NCBI GenBank assembly: GCA_965207065.1
Contig: OZ242260.1
Span: 2,624,001 to 2,688,000, forward strand
DNA: 64,000 nt
Reading direction: 5' to 3'
Source of the DNA: a bacterium
GTDB lineage: Bacteria; UBA8248
In this document: in pieces, positions 59,087-64,000 of the stretch
Layout: the number at the start of each line of letters is the position of its first letter
Numbering within the stretch: position 1 is the first letter of the stretch
The notes under the pieces: model-generated
The model's input: the letters and a program-made list of their open reading frames with translations, nothing else
Databases searched by the model: none
Told to the model about the DNA's origin: nothing
Made by a program: the position numbers and the translations under genes

Positions 59087-59391
59087 TTATTTCAGACGTC
59101 ATAAAGTTATTCTTCGCATATCCTTTCCCATAAAATCCGCATTTCCCCGCAATTGCCGTACTCCCCCCAATCCCGCCCTGCGCTATCGTGCGCGCGTCGC
59201 GGGAAAACGATTTCTCCCGCATGAGTCGGCATTGAACTGGCGGTAGAGGGGTAATCATGGAATCAGGTGCAGGGGCGAAAATGATGACGGCAATTTCAAC
59301 CGCATTGGCCTGGTTCGGCCTCGATTCTCTCTCGGGTTTCATCACCATGAGCAGGGGAGGGGTATTCGTGGACCTGGGGCTCGCAATGAAT

Positions 59392-59449
59392 ATGCAAATA
59401 ATCATATTTTCCGTAAAATTAGATAAATTCACGGGGTTTTTCGATAAAT
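59392..59449. repeat. AT-rich inverted repeat, left copy
   Basis: AGATAAATTCACGGGGTTTTTCGATAAAT (59421-59449) matches the reverse complement of 61919-61947 at 28/29 positions; ATGCAAATAAT (59392-59402) matches the reverse complement of 61973-61983. Confidence 0.75.
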
Positions 59450-59697
59450 ATCTGAAAGCGAACGGCAAGGAAATCGAGGGAGTAACCGATATTATTTCAG
59501 TCGGTTACGAGAATGGATTCAAGCAGAAGGTGAATAGTTTTTCGAATTTTATCGAATAAAAAAAGTTTTTTCGGACCCCGCATTTCCCCGCAACTGCCCA
59601 CATTTCCTCACGCCCAAAAGCGCTGTTAGCATAGCGGCGTCCTGCCCCTTGCGGTATGGTGGCCCCCAACCATCCACTTACATATAGGGAACGCGAC

Positions 59698-60711
59698 ATG
59701 AAAGTAGGGCTCTTCATCACCAACCAGCAGCACCTGGAAACCGACATGGTCAGCGCCCTGGACGAGCAGTACGCCATGGTGCGCCTCGCGCGCGACAAGG
59801 GCTGGGATTCGCTCTTCACCGGGCAGCACTACCTGAACGAGGGCGACAACAAGCAGCTCCAGATCGTGCCGTTCCTCGCGCGCCTGCAGGCCGAAGCGGG
59901 CGAGATGACGCTCGGGCTCGGCATCCTGCTCATCAACCTGCACAACCCGGTCTACGTGGCCGAGACGGTGGCGACGATGGACGTGCTCTGCCGGGGGAAC
60001 TTCGTGTTCGGCATCGGGCTGGGCTACCGCAAGGCGGAGTTCGACGCCTTCCAGGTGCCGAAGGGCCAGCGCGTGCGCCGCTTCGAGGAGTGTCTCGAAC
60101 TCGTGAAGCGCCTCTGGACGGAAGAGGAGGTGACCTGGGAGGATGAGATCTGCAAGCTCGACGGCGTGCGCATGAACATCCGCCCCGTGCAGAAGCCATA
60201 TCCACCGATATGGGTGGCGGCCAATAATGACAAGGCCATCGAGCGCGCCGCGCGCATCGGCGACAACTGGTTCATCAACCCGCATTCGACCACGGCGACC
60301 ATCAAGCGGCAGATGACGCTCTACCGCGCGGAACTGGAGCGGTGCGGCAAGCCGTTCCCGGCGGATTTCCCCTGCATGAAGGAGATTTTCTGCAGCCGCG
60401 ACAGGAAGACCGCCCTCGAGATGGCGGGGCCGTATCTGTTCGGCAAGTACCAGGATTACGCCAAGTGGGGGCAGGACGACGCCATGCCCGATGATGAGAG
60501 CTTCGATCAGGAATTCGACGATTTGCTGAAAGATCGCTTCATCATCGGCTCGCCCGAGGAGTGCTACGAGCAGCTTCGCCCCTACTGGGAGGAGGTGGGC
60601 ATGAGCCATCTCATCATCCGTACGCACTGGGCGGGAATGCCGCTCTCCACGGCGCTCCACAGCATGCGGATGATCTCGGACGAACTTATCCCGGAGCTCA
60701 GGAAGATTTGA
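59698..60711 (+). CDS. LLM-class flavin/F420-dependent oxidoreductase
   Basis: GQHY, NPVYVAETVATMD, GLGYR, RPVQKPYPPIWVAA and IIGSPEEC. Confidence 0.88.
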   Translation: MKVGLFITNQQHLETDMVSALDEQYAMVRLARDKGWDSLFTGQHYLNEGDNKQLQIVPFLARLQAEAGEMTLGLGILLINLHNPVYVAETVATMDVLCRGNFVFGIGLGYRKAEFDAFQVPKGQRVRRFEECLELVKRLWTEEEVTWEDEICKLDGVRMNIRPVQKPYPPIWVAANNDKAIERAARIGDNWFINPHSTTATIKRQMTLYRAELERCGKPFPADFPCMKEIFCSRDRKTALEMAGPYLFGKYQDYAKWGQDDAMPDDESFDQEFDDLLKDRFIIGSPEECYEQLRPYWEEVGMSHLIIRTHWAGMPLSTALHSMRMISDELIPELRKI

Positions 60712-60795
60712 GGGATTCCGTGCACGCCGGGCGGAATCATGGTATAGTGGAAGCATAGAAAAACAGCGCATGACCGCAAAAAGTGGGGGATCGAA

Positions 60796-61317
60796 ATGTC
60801 TGAAAAAAAGATGATATCCTTCGTTCTCAACGGAGAGCCCGTCGAGGTGATGGTTCCCGTAAACCGCTATCTGGTGGACCTCATCCGCGAGGATTTGGAC
60901 ATGATGGGCACCAAGCGCGCCTGCGATCAGGGCGCGTGCGGGTCCTGCTCGATCATCATGGATGGGGATCTCATCAGTGCCTGCCTCGTCCTGGCGGTGC
61001 GCGCTGACGGCGCGAACGTCGAGACCATAGAAGGCCTCGGCGGCCTCGAGGACTTGCATCCCTTACAAGCCGCATTCGCTTCCTACGGCGCCACGCAGTG
61101 CGGCTATTGCACGCCGGGGATGATCATCTCGGCCAAAAAGCTGCTCGATGAAAACCCCGACCCCTCAGAGTCCGAGATTCAGCACTGGCTCACCGGAAAC
61201 CTCTGCCGCTGCACGGGGTATCGCCAGATCATCTCGGCGATTCGCGCCGTGGCCGAGGGCAGAACCGAACCCGAATCCCCCATCACGGTTCCCACGGTGA
61301 AGGCCTACGACGACTGA
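60796..61317 (+). CDS. [2Fe-2S] subunit of the xanthine/CO dehydrogenase family (CoxS-like)
   Basis: GTKRACDQGACGSC, SAC, QCGYCTPG and GNLCRCTGY. Confidence 0.92.
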   Translation: MSEKKMISFVLNGEPVEVMVPVNRYLVDLIREDLDMMGTKRACDQGACGSCSIIMDGDLISACLVLAVRADGANVETIEGLGGLEDLHPLQAAFASYGATQCGYCTPGMIISAKKLLDENPDPSESEIQHWLTGNLCRCTGYRQIISAIRAVAEGRTEPESPITVPTVKAYDD

Positions 61318-61345
61318 TCCCTCACCTCCGGTAAAGGAGGCCGCC

Positions 61346-61801
61346 ATGAAACAAATGATCGAACACGTCGCCCTGCGCGTCACGAATCTCGATAAATCCA
61401 TCGCGTTCTACCGAGACGTGATGGGCTTCAAGCCCGTCGGACGCCGGCTCATCCACAATGGGGAGATCGATCAGGTTGTCTTCCGCGTGGGGGAGGACAT
61501 TCTCGTCCTGTTTCACGCTAAGGATTTCGTGTCCGATGACGTCGAGGTGAAAGGCGGGATGGACCATCTCGCGTTTTGCATGGACGATGCCGAATACAAC
61601 AATGTAATCAATCGTTTACGAGAGAGCGGCCGGGAACCTCACCGGGGCGAGGAGAAGAACCTGGGCGCTTTCGGCGTAGGCTACGCCACCTATTTCTACG
61701 ATCCCGACAACGTCGAACTCGAGATCAAGCGCTATGACGATCCTCCCGAACAGCCTGGTCCCGAGTGGTACGAGAGCGGGCGGAAGATGAGCGTCTCCTA
61801 G
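61346..61801 (+). CDS. VOC/glyoxalase family protein
   Basis: EHVALRV, FYRDVMG, DHLAF and YFYDPDNVELE. Confidence 0.88.
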   Translation: MKQMIEHVALRVTNLDKSIAFYRDVMGFKPVGRRLIHNGEIDQVVFRVGEDILVLFHAKDFVSDDVEVKGGMDHLAFCMDDAEYNNVINRLRESGREPHRGEEKNLGAFGVGYATYFYDPDNVELEIKRYDDPPEQPGPEWYESGRKMSVS

Positions 61802-61918
61802 GCGCAACTCCCCGCAGTTCCGCGCATTTGCCGTCATCGCAGAAGGCGCGGAACATGGCAGAATCCTCATGCGTCGCGGTTCTGCGGCGTCATGTCCCAG
61901 CAAAATAAATTGTCGGTA

Positions 61919-61983
61919 ATTTATCGAAATACCCCGTGAATTTATCTGAATTTATCGATATTTCCGGAAATTATTATTTGCAT
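61919..61983. repeat. AT-rich inverted repeat, right copy
   Basis: reverse-complement homolog of 59392-59449, with three ATTTATC units. Confidence 0.75.
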
Positions 61984-62186
61984 TATCAGCTTCTCCACAT
62001 CGCTTGAGTGTACGACCGCAGCCGTCTATCCGCATCGTCCTCAGTCCTGAAAAAACGAGGGCTTCGGACGGTTTCTCCGGCATGTCCGTCGCCGCGTAAA
62101 AAACCATGACGCCGATTACAAGGAAATGCGTTGGTCGAATCCGACCGAGGAGGTAGGTCGCACCTGATCGAGAAGGGAGGACGAAC

Positions 62187-62246
62187 CCGACTGAGCAAGG
62201 AGGGTTCGCCGACTGAGCAAGGAGGGTTCGCCGACTGGGGAGGGTC
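62187..62246. repeat. 22-bp tandem repeat (2 full copies + partial)
   Basis: CCGACTGAGCAAGGAGGGTTCG at 62187-62208 and 62209-62230, then CCGACTGGGGAGGGTC. Confidence 0.8.
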
Positions 62247-62328
62247 AGGCTTTTCCGGGGAGGGGATGGCTGCGCATTAAGAGTGAGGAACAAGAGATCG
62301 CCGACCGGGGCGGCGACCTCCCGCGTCT

Positions 62329-63324
62329 TCAGGCTCGTCCGCCCGCCCGCTCGAAAATTTCCTGCAGCTCACCTGAATCCTGCGTGTGCGCCAGCGCCAC
62401 CATCAGCAGTGTCCGGGCCTTGATGCCGCTCAGATAGCCTGCCGATATCGCCCCGCGCTCGATCAGGCTGCGGAAAGAGCCCTCGTGCGCCTTGGCGCGG
62501 TGTGGCGCGCCGGCGAAGATGCGCACCCCGATCACCACGGGGATGCCCGCATCGAGTGCGTCGCACAGGGCGTGGTGGAAGGGCACGTTCACGTTGCCCG
62601 CGCCGACGCCCTCCACCACGACGCCGTCCACGCGCTCTTTGATGCACGCGCGCACGAGCATGTCGTTCACTCCCTGGGTCACGGTGAGGAACTGCACGTT
62701 TTCGCGCAAAGAATCCACGTCGAAGTGAAGACGCCGCTCCGGGCGGTAGTGGAAGAAGACGCCCTCATCCGAAACCACGCCGATGGGCCCGCCGTCTCTC
62801 GACGCAAAGGCATGGGGCCGCTGACTGTGCACCTTGATGACGTCGCGCGCGGCGAATATCTCGCCGTCCAGCGCGACCATCACGCCCCGGCCCCGCGCCT
62901 CGGGGGAAGCCGCTATCTTCGCGGCGTAGAAGATGTTCCGGGGTCCGTCCGCATCGCGGGCGACGGAGTTGCGCATCGCGCCCGTGATCACGACGGGCTT
63001 CTCCCCGCCCAGTGTCAGGTCCAGGAGATAGGCCGTCTCCTCCATCGTGGCCGTCCCGTGCGTGACCACGGCCCCCGCCGTTTCCTCATCCGCCAGAATA
63101 CCGCGCAGGCGGTCGCGGAGGCCGAAGGCGGTAGCCGTCTCCATCACGTCGCTGGTGACGTTCGAATGCTCGACGACGCGCACCTGGGCCGCACCCTCAA
63201 GTTCGGGAACGGACGCGATCAACTCTTCTGCGCTCGCCGCGGGTACGTTCTCGCCCCCGCGCGTGTCGTATTTCGATGAAATCGTTCCCCCGGTCGTCAC
63301 TATCGCAATGGAAGGCTTGCTCAT
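62329..63324 (-). CDS. asparaginase/glutaminase family protein
   Basis: TGGTI, THGTATMEETAY, TGAMR, DGPRN and GVGAGN. Confidence 0.9.
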   Translation of the reverse strand: MSKPSIAIVTTGGTISSKYDTRGGENVPAASAEELIASVPELEGAAQVRVVEHSNVTSDVMETATAFGLRDRLRGILADEETAGAVVTHGTATMEETAYLLDLTLGGEKPVVITGAMRNSVARDADGPRNIFYAAKIAASPEARGRGVMVALDGEIFAARDVIKVHSQRPHAFASRDGGPIGVVSDEGVFFHYRPERRLHFDVDSLRENVQFLTVTQGVNDMLVRACIKERVDGVVVEGVGAGNVNVPFHHALCDALDAGIPVVIGVRIFAGAPHRAKAHEGSFRSLIERGAISAGYLSGIKARTLLMVALAHTQDSGELQEIFERAGGRA

Positions 63325-63493
63325 GGCGTCTCCCTTTTCGTTTCTTGAAGTACGGTTCGTGAATGGCCGCTGTGTTCCTGAGATGAGGCGAGCGCATTGT
63401 GGCCCCGCAAGGGGACGACCGCAAGGCTGGGTGGAAGGTCGCTGGTCGCCTGTTCCAGATGGTCGTCATTCCGTTGTCAATTCCAACCTTGGA

Positions 63494-64000
63494 GGGGTTG
63501 TTGAATAAGCCTTTGTTAAGGGAGCGAACGCTCCCTCCCCGGTTGCGTTCGCCCCAACCCCCCTTGTCAGGGCTGTTGAAAAAGCCCCGATTTCTTGATT
63601 CCAAGTATGAAGCCGACTTGGGAGGGATGAAACTTTACTCCTTCCTTGTAAAGCGCCAACCAACCACTCCCCCCTTGAGGGGGAGTCGCAGAAGCCGAGC
63701 GGTTTGTGCGAAGGCTGATGCGGTGGGGGGTAAAATGCGTTTTCTTGCCATTCCGAATCATACCCCCCACCAGTTCACTTTCGGGCTTACGCCCTCAGTT
63801 CACTGACTCCCCCTCAAGGGGGGAGTGAACTTCAAAGGCGTTCGCGCAACCCAGATTCGCTGGTCGGGAGTTTTTCAACAGCCCCTTGTCAGGGGGGCTT
63901 TTTTTCTTACCCCCCTGTCAAGGGGGGTAGGGGGGGTGCTTTTCCAGTCGAGAGGGGCGTCCCCTCTACCCCCTGAAAAGAGGGGTTTTTCAACAACCCC
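63494..64000. mobile_element. outer MITE-like element (homolog of 53555-53744) interrupted by a second element
   Basis: GGGGTTGTTGAATAAGCC at 63494 and GGGGTTTTTCAACAACCCC ending at 64000; about 185 bp once the inner element and duplication are removed. Confidence 0.75.
63570..63885. mobile_element. inner MITE-like element with duplicated TTGTCA target
   Basis: GGGCTGTTGAAAAAG ... GTTTTTCAACAGCCCC; TTGTCA at 63564-63569 and 63886-63891; internal perfect 23-bp inverted pair at 63665-63687 and 63805-63827. Confidence 0.8.

Noticed and set aside
59257-59559. 100-aa hypothetical CDS
   Set aside because: No recognisable motif, and it overlaps a nucleotide repeat whose second copy does not preserve the frame; left uncalled.
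59626-61059. 477-aa minus-strand ORF and similar long antisense ORFs throughout
   Set aside because: Antisense shadows of well-supported genes, expected in high-GC DNA; no recognisable motifs.
62187-62246. Possible CRISPR array
   Set aside because: The repeats are directly adjacent with no spacers, and there are no cas genes.

Overview
GC-rich bacterial chromosomal window, mostly catabolic and redox genes: two LLM flavin oxidoreductases, an acyl-CoA dehydrogenase, two ThDP enzymes, hydantoinase/oxoprolinase A+B, two PPOX-class proteins, an amidase, a D-threonine-aldolase-like enzyme, a succinyl-CoA-synthetase-like pair and an asparaginase. It also holds a complete mrpABCDEFG antiporter operon, an Fbp-type ABC transporter, arsC plus an aquaporin, three toxin-antitoxin pairs, two DNA glycosylases and an AT-richer type III restriction-modification pair. 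Four things stand out. (1) A two-domain rhodanese has an in-frame TGA at its catalytic position, followed by a SECIS-like hairpin, so it is probably a selenoprotein that the ORF track truncates. (2) A three-gene cytochrome locus is built around a monoheme protein flanked by about 15 NPC(AAK) repeats. (3) A family of ~170-320 bp elements bounded by (G)GGG[C/T]TGTTGAAAA terminal inverted repeats carries different palindromic cargoes, inserts into hairpin loops with duplication of the loop, and nests inside itself. (4) An AT-rich inverted repeat brackets a three-gene cluster. I recognised no rRNA, tRNA, CRISPR array or intact transposase. All calls come from reading motifs by eye; no database searches were run.
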